Positions 42,480 through 52,715 of a stretch of DNA of 64,000 bases are shown here, piece after piece (within the stretch, counting starts at the first letter, position 1; each line of letters opens with the position of its first letter). Where the stretch lies: contig CBDHDG010000006.1 in assembly GCA_965261595.1 (NCBI GenBank), positions 576,001-640,000 of the forward strand. The letters are read 5' to 3'. Origin of the DNA: a bacterium. GTDB taxonomy: Bacteria > UBA8248 > JACPRG01 > G963555815. The position numbers were made by a program, and so were the translations under genes. A model generated the notes under the pieces. That model saw only the letters and a list, made by a program, of their open reading frames with translations. It had not been told where the DNA came from and made no database searches.

Positions 42480-43472
42480 ATGTTCAGGCCCTGGACGAAA
42501 TTTCAATTGACGGTCTTTGCGCTGGGACTCGTCCTGTTTGCCTTGATTCCGGTTTTCGAGCCCAATGACGAGATCCGGAAATGGTTCGACGTTCTTCTCA
42601 TCGCCATCCTGGCCATGAGCTGGAACTTCATCGGCGGGCTGACCGGATACCCCTCCTTTGCGCCCGCCGCCTTCTTGGGGATAGGTGCCTACATGACGGC
42701 CATCTTCATGAACGCGGGGGTCGGTTTCTTCCCCACGCTGCTCATCGGGGCGTTCGCCGGCGGGCTGGTGGCCTTCGTATTGGGCGTCCCGATTCTTCGC
42801 CTGAGAGGGCACTATTTCGCGATCGCCACCTACGGCGTCGCGGAGGCCATCCGCGAGCTGGCCGAAAATTTCGAGATCACGGGCGGGGGAGAGGGAATCA
42901 ACCTGCCGCTGATCAGCGGCGGCCCCGACTTCTTCACGCGGTACTTCTATTACGCGATGCTCGGGGTCGCGCTCTTGTCCTTTCTGACCCAGTATTGGGT
43001 CACCCGAGGCCGCCTCGGCTTCGGTCTGGTCGCCATCCGGGAGAACGAAGACGCCGCTGCGATGCTGGGCGTGGAGACCACCAAGTACAAGATTTACGCC
43101 TTCGTCCTCTCGGCGATCTATCCGGCCATGGCGGGGGGGGTGTACGCCTACCGCGCGGCCTTCCTGGAGCCGATCGACGTTTTCGACGTCCTGTTCTCCA
43201 TCCGGGCCATCGTCATGTCGCTCATCGGGGGGGCCGGGACCATCATGGGTCCCGTCCTGGGCGCCGCTTTCATCGAGCTCGTGAACGATTATCTCTGGGG
43301 AGCGTTCCTGGAGTTCCACAGCGCGTTCCTCGGGATCGTCATGGTCGTGGTCGTGATCTTCATGCCCAAAGGGTTCTTCTCCCTCTACCAGGGATTTCGG
43401 GCCAAGGGGAAGGGGAGCTGGAAGTCGATCGGGCCGGTTTTGCTCGAGAACATCCGGCGATACCGCGTATGA
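42480..43472 (+). CDS. ABC transporter permease (LivM-like)
   Basis: LRLRGHYFAIAT, AIRENEDAA and GGAGTIMGP motifs. Confidence 0.92.
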   Translation: MFRPWTKFQLTVFALGLVLFALIPVFEPNDEIRKWFDVLLIAILAMSWNFIGGLTGYPSFAPAAFLGIGAYMTAIFMNAGVGFFPTLLIGAFAGGLVAFVLGVPILRLRGHYFAIATYGVAEAIRELAENFEITGGGEGINLPLISGGPDFFTRYFYYAMLGVALLSFLTQYWVTRGRLGFGLVAIRENEDAAAMLGVETTKYKIYAFVLSAIYPAMAGGVYAYRAAFLEPIDVFDVLFSIRAIVMSLIGGAGTIMGPVLGAAFIELVNDYLWGAFLEFHSAFLGIVMVVVVIFMPKGFFSLYQGFRAKGKGSWKSIGPVLLENIRRYRV

Positions 43473-44233
43473 GCGGAGAAATTCTTCTCGAAGGCAAAGG
43501 CATCACAAAAGGATTCGGGGGACTGACCGCGGTCTCGGACGTGGATTTCAACGTCCGCAAGGGCGAGATCCTCGGTCTCATCGGCCCGAACGGCGCAGGC
43601 AAGACCACCCTGGTCAACTGCATCACCGGGGTCTTCCCCATCTCGAAAGGGACGCTCATCTTCAACGGAACCCGTCTCGACGGTCTGAAACCCCATCAGG
43701 TGACGCGCCTGGGCATCGCCCGCACCTTCCAGATCGTTCAGCCGTTTCCGAGCCTGTCCGCGCTCGACAACGTCTTGATGGGCGCGCTGTTCGGCCACGC
43801 CCACAATGAAAGCACCATCACCCGCGCCAGAGAGATCGCCAGAGAGAAATTGGAATTCGTCGGTCTTTCCCCGATGGCGGATCGGGTCGCCGGGGAGCTC
43901 ACGCTGGTGGAGCGGAAACGACTCGAGCTGGCGAAGTCCCTGGCCACGAGCCCGGAACTGCTGCTCCTGGACGAGGTCAACGCGGGGCTGAACCACACCG
44001 AGACGCAGGAGGCCATCGACCTCATCCGCAGGGTCCGGGACCAGGGGGTCACCATCCTGATCATCGAGCACGTCATGAAGGTGATCATGGGGCTTTCCGA
44101 CCGGGTGTTCGTCCTTCATCACGGTGAAAAAATCGCGGACGGCAACCCACGGGACGTCACCAGCGACAAGGAGGTGATCCGTGCGTATTTGGGGGACAAA
44201 TTCGCCGCCCGCCTTGCTGAAAGCGGCGGATGA
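43469..44233 (+). CDS. ABC transporter ATPase (LivG-like)
   Basis: GPNGAGKTT, LLLDE and VIRAYLG. The true start is the ATG overlapping the livM-like stop. Confidence 0.92.
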   Translation: MSGEILLEGKGITKGFGGLTAVSDVDFNVRKGEILGLIGPNGAGKTTLVNCITGVFPISKGTLIFNGTRLDGLKPHQVTRLGIARTFQIVQPFPSLSALDNVLMGALFGHAHNESTITRAREIAREKLEFVGLSPMADRVAGELTLVERKRLELAKSLATSPELLLLDEVNAGLNHTETQEAIDLIRRVRDQGVTILIIEHVMKVIMGLSDRVFVLHHGEKIADGNPRDVTSDKEVIRAYLGDKFAARLAESGG

Positions 44234-44262
44234 GGATCGAATCGCCGGTGAGGGGCCATTCA

Positions 44263-44994
44263 ATGCAAACCACGAACGGATCGCCGCTCCTGAAGGTCGA
44301 GGGCCTCGAATCTGGATACGGAGACATCCAGATTCTTTGGGGGATCGATCTCGAGGTCCATTCCGGTGAGATTATCGCCATTGTCGGAAGCAACGGCGCC
44401 GGAAAAACAACCTTTCTGCGGACCCTCTCCGGCATCTTGACGCCGACAGGAGGCTCTTTCGTATTCGACGGCGAGCCGATGGAGCGCGCAACCTCCGATC
44501 AAATTGTCGAGCAGGGCATCTCTCATGTCCCCGAGGGGCGCCGGCTCTTTCCCGCCATGTCCCTCGAAGACAACCTCCTGATGGGGGCCTATGCCAGGAA
44601 GCTCTCCGCCAAGGAGCTGCAGCCGGACATCGAACGGGTCTTCCAGCACTTCCCCGTTCTGCGGGAGCGGCGGGATCAATTGGCCGGCAGCCTGTCCGGC
44701 GGCGAGCAGCAGATGTGCGCCATCGCCCGCGGGATGATGGCCTCCCCCAAGCTCTTGCTGATCGACGAGCTTTCCCTGGGCCTTGCCCCCCGCATCGTGG
44801 AAGAGCTTTCCGTTATCGTGCAGGGGATCAACGCCGAGGGCGTCACGGTCATCCTGGTCGAGCAGGACGTCTTGACGGCCTTCGAGCTGGCGGGCCGCGC
44901 CTATGTTTTTGAAACCGGCCGAATCACCATGTCAGGGCCCAGCCGGGAATTGATGGAGAACCCGGAAATCAAGCGGTCCTACCTGGGCATGTGA
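44263..44994 (+). CDS. ABC transporter ATPase (LivF-like)
   Basis: GSNGAGKTT, LSGGEQQM and DELSLGLAP motifs. Confidence 0.92.
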   Translation: MQTTNGSPLLKVEGLESGYGDIQILWGIDLEVHSGEIIAIVGSNGAGKTTFLRTLSGILTPTGGSFVFDGEPMERATSDQIVEQGISHVPEGRRLFPAMSLEDNLLMGAYARKLSAKELQPDIERVFQHFPVLRERRDQLAGSLSGGEQQMCAIARGMMASPKLLLIDELSLGLAPRIVEELSVIVQGINAEGVTVILVEQDVLTAFELAGRAYVFETGRITMSGPSRELMENPEIKRSYLGM

Positions 44995-45150
44995 AAACCG
45001 CGCCGGCATCACTCCCGGAAGCCCTGTCCGGGGGCTTTCCCGGGGTCTGACTTCATTGTTCATTCCCCACGAACCTGATATGATCGCTCCATGCATTCCA
45101 GGCGCGGCGCAATTCCCGATGAATCCACGCCGAAAGGGCGGCTCCCGCCG

Positions 45151-47478
45151 ATGACGCCCCTCTCCCTGGTTGGAACAGGCGCACCCCGGATCGACGGCCC
45201 CGGCAAGGCGACGGGGGAGACCCCATATCTCTCCGATATGCAACTGCCGGGAATGCTTCACGCGCGAATCCTCCGCAGCCCCCACGCCCACGCCCGCATC
45301 CTGAAGATCGACACCGCCCGGGCGGCCTCCGCCAAGGGGGTCCGAGCCGTTATCACGGCGGACGACACACCCAAGATCCTTTTCAGCTTCATGCCCGAGC
45401 TGGCCGACAAGCTGCCCCTGTGCGACGAGAAGGTCCGCTTCATCGGGGACGAGGTCGCCGCCGTGGCCGCCGACACCGAAGACACGGCGGAAGAAGCCCT
45501 GTCTCTCATCCGGGTGGATTACGAGCCGCTGCCCGCCGTCTTCGACCCGAAAGAGGCCGTCCGGGACGACGCCCCGCTCGTGCATGAGGGGAAGGCGCGG
45601 AACATCTGCATGGAACTCCACAAGATGTTCGGCGACCCGGAGAAGGGTTTTGCCGAGGCGGACCACATTGTGGAGGACTCCTACGACACCCGGCGCGTCG
45701 CCCATTGCCCCCTGGAAACCCGGAGCTTCATCGCCCGGTGGGAGCGCGCGGGGCATGACTCCCGGCTCAAGATCTGGGCGTCCACGCAGGCCCCGCATGT
45801 TCTCAAGGAAGACATCGCCCGGTGCCTCGGGATGGACTCCCGGCGGATTCAGGTCATCAAGCCGGCCACCGGCGGGGCCTTCGGGAACCGGATGATCATG
45901 GAGATGGGGGCGCCCAGCGCCGTGATTTTGGCGGAGAGAACCGGCCGACCCGTGAAGCTGGCCAACACGCGGACCGACGAATTCCAGATCTCCCGAACCC
46001 GTTTTCCGTATCACATCGAGCTGAAAACCGGATTCCGCTCCGACGGACGCCTGGTGGCCCGCGCGATCCGGATTGATGTGGACAGCGGGGCCTACTCCGA
46101 CAAAGCCGGCCCCACGCTGAGCTTCTCGGGCGCCATGTTCGCCGTTCTCTACAACGTGCCCCACATCCAATTCGACGGCTACGTCGTCTACACCAACCAA
46201 CAACCCGGAACGGCCTTCCGGGGCTTCGGCTGCCCCCAGGTCACCTTCGCCGCCGAGACCCAGATGGACCGCATCGCGAAATTCCTGGAGATGGACCCGC
46301 TGGAGCTGCGCCGGATCAACGCCAACCGGGCGGGGGAGACAAGCGCCTCGGGCGTCACGCTCCCCACCTGCGGCCTGGAGCAATGCATGAAGGAAACCGC
46401 CCGGGCGGCCGGTTGGGCGGAGCACCGGAAAGGACGCAATGAGAATTCCCGCGGCGGCGGCCGCTACCGCCGGGGAATGGGCCTCGCCGTGATGGTCCAC
46501 TCGGGCGGCGGGTCCCGGTATTACGGCTTCAACTCCGCGGGCAGCTTCATCAACGTCTCCCGGGACGGCCAGGTCTTCCTGACCACCCCCGCCAACGACA
46601 CGGGCCAGGGCGCCCTCACCGTGATGGCCCAGGTGGCCGCCGAAGAGCTCGGCGTCCGGATGGAGGACATCCGGGTCGTCTCGGACGACACGGATCTCGT
46701 GCCTTACGACGTCGGAAACTACGGCAGCCGGACCACCTGGGTCTGCGGCCAAGCGGCGAAGGCGGCTGGAGAGGAAGCGCGCCGGCAGATCTTCGAGGCC
46801 GTCGGCAAAGAATGGGAGGTCTCGCCGGAAGACCTGCGCGCCGCCGATTCGAGGATCTTCGCCGTGGGGCGCCCGGAGCAAGGCATGAGCTTTCAGGACG
46901 CGGCCTCAATGATTTACAACAACAACGGCGTCCCCATCACGGCCGAGGGCCGGTTCGAGGACGTGGAGGCGGCCGGCCACGTTGACTGGAGCAACCAGAT
47001 CCCCAACTTCTCCACCGGCTGCCACCTCGTCGAGGTCGAGGTGGATATGGAAACCGGGGCCGTGAGCCTCCTGCGGTTCTTCGCCGCGCACGATGTGGGC
47101 AAGGCGGTGAACCTGCGCGGCGTCGAAGGACAGATCGAGGGCGGCGTCGGCCAGGGTCTCGGCTACGCCTTGTTCGAGGAGCTGGTCCAGGACGCGGGCG
47201 CGGCGGTTAACCCCTCGTTCGTCGACTACAAGATCCCCTGCGCCCTGGACATACACGGCATGGAGACCTTCGTCGTGGAGGACGCGGAGCCGGGGGCGCC
47301 GCTCTACGGCGCCAAGGGGGTCGGCGAGCCGGGCTTGGTCCCGACGGCGGCCGCGGTGGCGAACGCCATCGCCGACGCGACGGGCGTCCAGCTCCACGAG
47401 CTGCCCATGAATCCCGAAAGGGTGTATCGGGCCCTGAGGGAGGCCGAATCGGTCAAGGCGCCCCAAGAAGTCGTTTGA
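45151..47478 (+). CDS. Xanthine dehydrogenase-family molybdopterin-binding (large) subunit
   Basis: LRSPHAHARI, GGAFG, AFRGFG, VEGQIEGG and GAKGVGEP motifs. Confidence 0.9.
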   Translation: MTPLSLVGTGAPRIDGPGKATGETPYLSDMQLPGMLHARILRSPHAHARILKIDTARAASAKGVRAVITADDTPKILFSFMPELADKLPLCDEKVRFIGDEVAAVAADTEDTAEEALSLIRVDYEPLPAVFDPKEAVRDDAPLVHEGKARNICMELHKMFGDPEKGFAEADHIVEDSYDTRRVAHCPLETRSFIARWERAGHDSRLKIWASTQAPHVLKEDIARCLGMDSRRIQVIKPATGGAFGNRMIMEMGAPSAVILAERTGRPVKLANTRTDEFQISRTRFPYHIELKTGFRSDGRLVARAIRIDVDSGAYSDKAGPTLSFSGAMFAVLYNVPHIQFDGYVVYTNQQPGTAFRGFGCPQVTFAAETQMDRIAKFLEMDPLELRRINANRAGETSASGVTLPTCGLEQCMKETARAAGWAEHRKGRNENSRGGGRYRRGMGLAVMVHSGGGSRYYGFNSAGSFINVSRDGQVFLTTPANDTGQGALTVMAQVAAEELGVRMEDIRVVSDDTDLVPYDVGNYGSRTTWVCGQAAKAAGEEARRQIFEAVGKEWEVSPEDLRAADSRIFAVGRPEQGMSFQDAASMIYNNNGVPITAEGRFEDVEAAGHVDWSNQIPNFSTGCHLVEVEVDMETGAVSLLRFFAAHDVGKAVNLRGVEGQIEGGVGQGLGYALFEELVQDAGAAVNPSFVDYKIPCALDIHGMETFVVEDAEPGAPLYGAKGVGEPGLVPTAAAVANAIADATGVQLHELPMNPERVYRALREAESVKAPQEVV

Positions 47479-47547
47479 CTAATGGAGGGAAATCCGGGTA
47501 CTGTCATTTTCACTCAAAATGAACTTCTGAACAGGAGGGGGAGACCA

Positions 47548-48777
47548 ATGAAACGTTGTGGTTTGTTCCGAAGCTTGGTTGCACCCGTGTTGGCCGCGGC
47601 CGTTCTGATCGCCGGCGCGGCGTTTGTCGGAGACCGGGCGCAGGCGGCCATGGACGTCATCAAGTTCGGCGCCGCCCTGCCGCTGACCGGTCCGCTGGCC
47701 ACCGAGGGAAACAAGCAGAAAGCCGGTTATGAGATCTGGAAGGACCTGGTGAACAGCCAGGGCGGCATCAATGTCGGCGGCAAGAAGATGAAGGTGGAGA
47801 TCAGGTACTACGACTACGAGAGCAAGACGCCGGTCGCCAGCAAGCTTTACGAGCGGCTGATCACAAAGGACAAGGTGGACTTCCTGTTCGGGCCGTTCGG
47901 AAGCGGGGCCACCGCGTCGGTCGCCGCCTTGACGGAGCGTTACAAGATTCCGATCATCGCGCCGACGGCCAGTTCGGCGAAGCTGTACGCACGGGGATAC
48001 TCCTACCTCTTCGGCCTCCTGGTGCCCAACAACTTCGTCTCGGACAGCTTTTTCGAGTTGGTGACCTCCCAGAACCCCCGCCCGAAAACAATGGCCTTCG
48101 TGACGCGCAACGATTTCTTCCCCAAGGTCATCACGGGCGTTTTCCAGAATGCCGCCAAGAAGTACGGCGTCAAGGACATCTACTACGCCAAGTTCCCCAA
48201 AGACGCCAAGGACATGTCCACCTGGCTGACGATAGTCAAGAGCAAGAACCCCGACCTTCTGATGGTGGCCGGCTACCTGGGCGACTTGATCCTGGTGACA
48301 AAGCAGGCCAAGGAGCTCGGCGTCAATCCCAAGGCCATCTTCATGACCGCCGGACCGGTTTATTCCCAGTTCACCGAGGCCCTGGGCAAAACAGCCGACG
48401 GCATCACGACGGCCTCCTGGTGGGCGGACACCCTGGATTACAAAGGGCGCATCATCGGAACGCCGGACGATTTCAGCAAGATGTGGAGGAAAAAGACCGG
48501 CAAGGAGGCCGATTACGTCTCCGCCGCTTCCACCGCCAGCGGCGTGGTCTACCAGATCGCCATCGAGAAGGTGGGAAGCCTGGATAAGAAAAAAATCCGG
48601 GCTGCCCTGGCCGCGATGAACGAGATGACGTTCTACGGCCGGGTCAAGTTCAATAAGAACGGCCAGAACATCGGGAGCATCGTCCCGGTGATCCAGATCC
48701 AGAAGGGGAAGCGGCTTCCCGTATCCCCCAAGAACATGGCCCAGGGCAAGTATCAGTATCCCAAGCCGAAGTTCTAA
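47548..48777 (+). CDS. ABC transporter substrate-binding protein (LivJ/K-type)
   Basis: Signal peptide, IKFGAALPLTG, VDFLFGPFGS and TFYGRVKF. Confidence 0.9.
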   Translation: MKRCGLFRSLVAPVLAAAVLIAGAAFVGDRAQAAMDVIKFGAALPLTGPLATEGNKQKAGYEIWKDLVNSQGGINVGGKKMKVEIRYYDYESKTPVASKLYERLITKDKVDFLFGPFGSGATASVAALTERYKIPIIAPTASSAKLYARGYSYLFGLLVPNNFVSDSFFELVTSQNPRPKTMAFVTRNDFFPKVITGVFQNAAKKYGVKDIYYAKFPKDAKDMSTWLTIVKSKNPDLLMVAGYLGDLILVTKQAKELGVNPKAIFMTAGPVYSQFTEALGKTADGITTASWWADTLDYKGRIIGTPDDFSKMWRKKTGKEADYVSAASTASGVVYQIAIEKVGSLDKKKIRAALAAMNEMTFYGRVKFNKNGQNIGSIVPVIQIQKGKRLPVSPKNMAQGKYQYPKPKF

Positions 48778-48789
48778 GCCGCAATCCCG

Positions 48790-48830
48790 AGCCCCCGCCC
48801 CTCTCTTGGGGGCGGGGGCTTTTTTATTTT
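48790..48830 (+). terminator. Rho-independent terminator
   Basis: 12-bp GC stem agcccccgcccc / ggggcgggggct followed by a T-run. Confidence 0.85.
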
Positions 48831-48946
48831 CGGGCGTCGCGCGCGAGAAGGGGGAACTGTAGCCCGGGAGCCCCAGGCCTGGAGGGCCTCGGGCCCGGAG
48901 GGCTCCGGCCCGCTCCATCCGCCACGCCCGCTCCGGAGAGACGCCG

Positions 48947-49780
48947 ATGACGACGATCCGCCTGCTGGAAGAGGAGGAGATCCGCCGCGCCGCGCCCGAA
49001 ACCGTCGATCAGATCCTGGCCGCCGAGAAGGCCCGGTGGGGGATTCCCAAGCTCGCCAACATCTGGCGCTGCATGGGACACCAGCCCGAGTACCTGGAGG
49101 TCACGTGGAAGAAGGCGAAGTCCGTCCGCCAGCCCGGGAAATTGTCCAACCTGACGCGGGAGATGATCGCCTCGGCCGTCTCGGCCGCCAACGGGTGCCG
49201 CTACTGAACGGACTCCCACGTCGCCGCCGTGATGCGGATGGGAAAGGGAGAACGGGCGGTTACGGAGCTGATATCCATCGTGGACCTGGTGAGCGGGCTT
49301 TCCAAGGCCGCGCTCGGAGCGGGGCTCTACGCGCCGGAGGCGGAGGGGGTGACACCGCCGGGGATGATCCTGGGGCTTGTGGACGAGGAGAGCGCCAAGG
49401 GCCGGGTCGCCAAGGTCTTCGGGGAGATTCGAGAGCGCGAGGCGGAGCGTCTCGGACGGGACACCATACCGCTCTTTTGGCGGGCCATCGCCCACCGGCC
49501 GCTCTACCTCGAAGCCGCCTGGAACCGCTCGAAGGTTCTGCTCGCCGAGGGCGAGATCACCCTCAAGGAGAAGGAAATCCTCGGCTACACCGTCGCCGCC
49601 AACGTCGGCAGCCACTACTTCGGCCACGAGCACGCCACCGCCCTGCGCCGGCTGGGGATGGACGACTCCGCCCTGGTCGAGGTCCTGGCCGTCGTGGACT
49701 ATTTTGAAGGGCTCAACCGCGTGAGCGAGGGCATGGACATCGAGTCGGATATCGCGCCGTATCGGGAGTATGAGAAATGA
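48947..49780 (+). CDS. AhpD/carboxymuconolactone-decarboxylase-family selenoprotein (tandem domains; TGA 49205-49207 read as Sec)
   Basis: The two ORF-track pieces are in frame. Read-through gives VSAANGCRY-U-TDSH, the AhpD C-x-x-C-x-x-x-H motif, and a hairpin follows the TGA. Confidence 0.8.
49214..49243 (+). promoter_or_regulatory. Candidate bacterial SECIS element
   Basis: tccca...ccgc-[cgtgat]-gcgg...tggga. The apical loop starts 20 nt after the UGA and has GU near its 5' side. Confidence 0.6.
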
Positions 49781-50212
49781 TACCTTTGGGATTTGGGGGA
49801 TCGTGACCAATACCGCCACAGAACTCTAAACCAAATGCGAGTTGGCCCATCCATCTTCCATATACGCTTTTTCAATCGAAGACCCGCGTCCATGCTAACG
49901 CTGCCCAATGCATGTCAACCAGCCACACCAACCAGCTCATGCCAACCGGCTATATTGAAGAGATATGCTAAATCCTATCTTTCATCCACAGGTTTCTCCT
50001 TCCACTTTACCTGATCATCCCCCCAAAACTTAGGCATCCAAAATCTCATTTCTTTGTTATTAAAATCGCCATGTTTGACAGTGGACTTACCCCGGTTTCG
50101 TGGAGAGTTAAGCACTTGGGTTTTCAGGGTGTGCGTTGTTGTCTCCTCCCCCGCTCTAGGGTTTTGTTGGACACTCGATTGATCCATGATTCATGGAGAA
50201 AGGGGTGTCGCG

Positions 50213-50599
50213 ATGAACGAACAAAAGCAAGAGGGGGCTTTGGCGGAGGGCGCCCGCAGGGCGAACGGAGCCAAGGCCCCAGGGCATCGCAGTGAGCGGG
50301 GTCGGTTCTCCTGCCAGCGCAAGCGGGAGGCGGTCCTGCGTCTTTTGCGGGGCGAGAGCCTGGAGACGCTCTGCCGCGAGTTGGGCACGACAGCGGCTCG
50401 GCTTTCCGCCTGGCGCGAGGCGTTCCTTCGCGGGGGCGAGGCGGCGCTCAAAGCCCGCCCGGCGGATGAGCGGGACGAGGAGAACGCCCGGCTCAAGGCC
50501 AAGGTGGGCGAACTCACGATGGAGGGCGAGGTCCTGCGGGAGAAGATCGACCGCCTGGAGGCCGGCCGCCCTTTAGCCGGCAGGAGGTGGAGGCGATGA
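50213..50599 (+). CDS. IS3 transposase OrfA (inner element)
   Basis: HTH region KREAVLRLLRGE...WREAF and leucine zipper LKAKVGELTME. Confidence 0.85.
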   Translation: MNEQKQEGALAEGARRANGAKAPGHRSERGRFSCQRKREAVLRLLRGESLETLCRELGTTAARLSAWREAFLRGGEAALKARPADERDEENARLKAKVGELTMEGEVLREKIDRLEAGRPLAGRRWRR

Positions 50600-51504
50600 G
50601 TCAGGCCCGCTTCACCTCCACGGGCAGAGCCTACGGCCTGAAGCGGGTGTGCGCCCTTTGGGGCTTGGCGCGCTCCACGGTCTACGCGCAACGGCGGCGA
50701 GAGGCGGTCCCCGTTCATGAACGCCCCACGCCCCATAAGCGCGGCCCTGTGGGCCCGTGCACCGATGCGGAACTCCTCGGCCACATCCGGCAGGTCCTGG
50801 AGGACTCTCCCTTCCATGGCGAGGGCTACCGCAAGGTGTGGGCGAGGCTGCGCTTCGCGGGCATCCGCACCAGCAAGGAGCGGGTGCGTCGCCTGATGCG
50901 GGAGGCGGGGCTTCAGGCCCCCCACCGGGTGGGCAAACCCCGAGGTCCCAAGGCCCACAACGGGACCATCCGCACCGAGCGGCCCGACCGAATGTGGGGC
51001 ACGGACATGACGACGACGGTGACCACCGAGGAGGGGGTGGCCTCGGTGTTCGTGGCGGTGGATCACTGCTCGGTGGACTGCGTGGGGATCCATGCGGCCA
51101 AGAGCGGCAACCGCTTCGAGGCCCTGGAGCCGATCCGGCAGGGGGTCGCCGAGCGCTTCGCCGGCTTGGAGGCGGACGTCGCCGAGGGGCTTAAAGTTCG
51201 TCACGACCACGGCCCCGCCTATCTGTCCGATGACTTTCAGCGGGAGATCGCCTACCTGGGCATGACCAGTTCGCCCAGCTTCGTGCGGGCGCCCGAGGGA
51301 AATGGCTACTGTGAGTGGTTCATCCGCATCTTGAAGGAGAATCTCCTGTGGGTGCGCTCTTTCGCCACCGTAGAGGAACTGCGGTGGGCGCTGCTTGAGT
51401 TCAAGAACCTGTACAACCATCATTGGATTCTCGAGGGCTACGGCTACCGAACGCCGGCCCAGGCAAGGCAGGAAAAACTCGCTCAAGTTGCGGAGGCCGC
51501 ATGA
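50596..51504 (+). CDS. IS3 transposase OrfB (inner element)
   Basis: GYRKVWARL, MWGTD, RHDHG and rve integrase core. Confidence 0.88.
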   Translation: MSQARFTSTGRAYGLKRVCALWGLARSTVYAQRRREAVPVHERPTPHKRGPVGPCTDAELLGHIRQVLEDSPFHGEGYRKVWARLRFAGIRTSKERVRRLMREAGLQAPHRVGKPRGPKAHNGTIRTERPDRMWGTDMTTTVTTEEGVASVFVAVDHCSVDCVGIHAAKSGNRFEALEPIRQGVAERFAGLEADVAEGLKVRHDHGPAYLSDDFQREIAYLGMTSSPSFVRAPEGNGYCEWFIRILKENLLWVRSFATVEELRWALLEFKNLYNHHWILEGYGYRTPAQARQEKLAQVAEAA

Positions 51505-51516
51505 GGTCGAATACCC

Positions 51517-52380
51517 TCACCCGAGTGTCCAATAACCCAGGGGCGGTCCACTCCTTTCGTAGTTAACGGGTGACAGGTTGTCGATGGAGGAGTGCCGACG
51601 ATGCGGGTTGTAGAAGCCCTCGATGAACCCGAACACCTCCATGCGCGCCTCGGCCCGGGTGCGGAAACTGTGGCGAGCGAGGAGCTCGCACTCCAGCGTG
51701 GCGAAAAAGCTCTCACACAGCGCGTTGTCGTAGCAGTCCCCGACCGAACCCATGGAGGGACGCCCGCCCGCCTGGCGGCAGCGCTGCCCAAAGGCGACCG
51801 AGGTGTACTGCGTGCCCTGGTCGGAGTGGTGGATGACGGCCCGGGGACGGCGCTTATACAGCGCCATGTCGAGCGCGTCGAGCACCAACTCGGCCCGCAG
51901 GTGTGTGGCCATCGACCACCCCACGATGCGCCGGCTGAACGCATCGAGCGCCACGGCCAGATACAAAAACCCCGCCCATGTCGGAACGTAGGTGATGTCG
52001 GCCACCCACAGCCGGTCGGGGGCCTCGGCCGTGAAGTTGCGGTCCACCAGATCAGGGGCCGGCCGCGCCTCCTGCCGGCGCTGCGTCGTGCGCGCTCCCT
52101 TGCGCCGACTGACGCCCGCAAGTCCCGCCCCACGCATCAGCCTGGCGACGCGCTTGCGGCCCACACGCACTCCCTCAGCCTCCAGCTCGGCATGGACGCG
52201 CGGCACGCCGTAAGTCCCCCGAGAACGCTCGTGGATCGCCTGAATGCGTTTGGTGAGCGCCCGATCGGTACACGAGCGGGCACACGGCGCGCGCCTGCGC
52301 CACGCGTAGTAGCCGCTGGAGGAGACGCCCAGCACCCGGCACATGGTGGCGGTCCGATACATGGCCTGGTTCGCCCTCAC
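51517..52380 (-). CDS. IS3 transposase OrfB (outer element; last codons replaced by the inner IS end)
   Basis: TYGVPRV, LWVADITY, HHSDQG, CESFFATLE and YNPHRRHS motifs. Confidence 0.9.
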   Translation of the reverse strand: MRANQAMYRTATMCRVLGVSSSGYYAWRRRAPCARSCTDRALTKRIQAIHERSRGTYGVPRVHAELEAEGVRVGRKRVARLMRGAGLAGVSRRKGARTTQRRQEARPAPDLVDRNFTAEAPDRLWVADITYVPTWAGFLYLAVALDAFSRRIVGWSMATHLRAELVLDALDMALYKRRPRAVIHHSDQGTQYTSVAFGQRCRQAGGRPSMGSVGDCYDNALCESFFATLECELLARHSFRTRAEARMEVFGFIEGFYNPHRRHSSIDNLSPVNYERSGPPLGYWTLG

Positions 52381-52715
52381 GAACCCGTAGATCCGGACGG
52401 GATCGAATCGGTATCCCGAGCAAACCAGGCCGCGGCTTTTGCTAAGATCTCCCGCTCCTGGCGGAGCTGTCGGTTCTCGCGGCGAAGTCGGCGCAACTCC
52501 TCCCGCTCATCGCTCGTGAGCCCGTCTTTGCGACGCCCCTCGTCAACGTCGGCTTGATGGGCCCAGGTGCGGATCGTCTGCGCCGAGGGCTCGAACTCGT
52601 GCGCCAGCGCCTCGGGCGTGCGTCCCGCCCGGACCAACTCTACCATCTGGCAGCGGAACTCCATTGGATAGCGTGGGTGAGTCTGTGGCATCGTGAACAC
52701 CTCCTTTACCCCCAA
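52377..52715 (-). CDS. IS3 transposase OrfA (outer element)
   Basis: YPMEFR...TIRTW...LRRENRQLRQEREILAKAAAWFA. Confidence 0.9.
   Translation of the reverse strand: MGVKEVFTMPQTHPRYPMEFRCQMVELVRAGRTPEALAHEFEPSAQTIRTWAHQADVDEGRRKDGLTSDEREELRRLRRENRQLRQEREILAKAAAWFARDTDSIPSGSTGS

Larger units (their letters stand above)
50147..51550 (+). mobile_element. IS3-family element (inner), inserted into the 3' end of the outer orfB
   Basis: IRs sharing ttggacactcg, flanked by a CTCC duplication (50143-50146 and 51551-51554). Confidence 0.88.

Noticed and set aside
38860..47478. Aerobic CO dehydrogenase cluster
   Set aside because: The Mo subunit lacks the CoxL loop motifs and there are no coxM/coxS genes.
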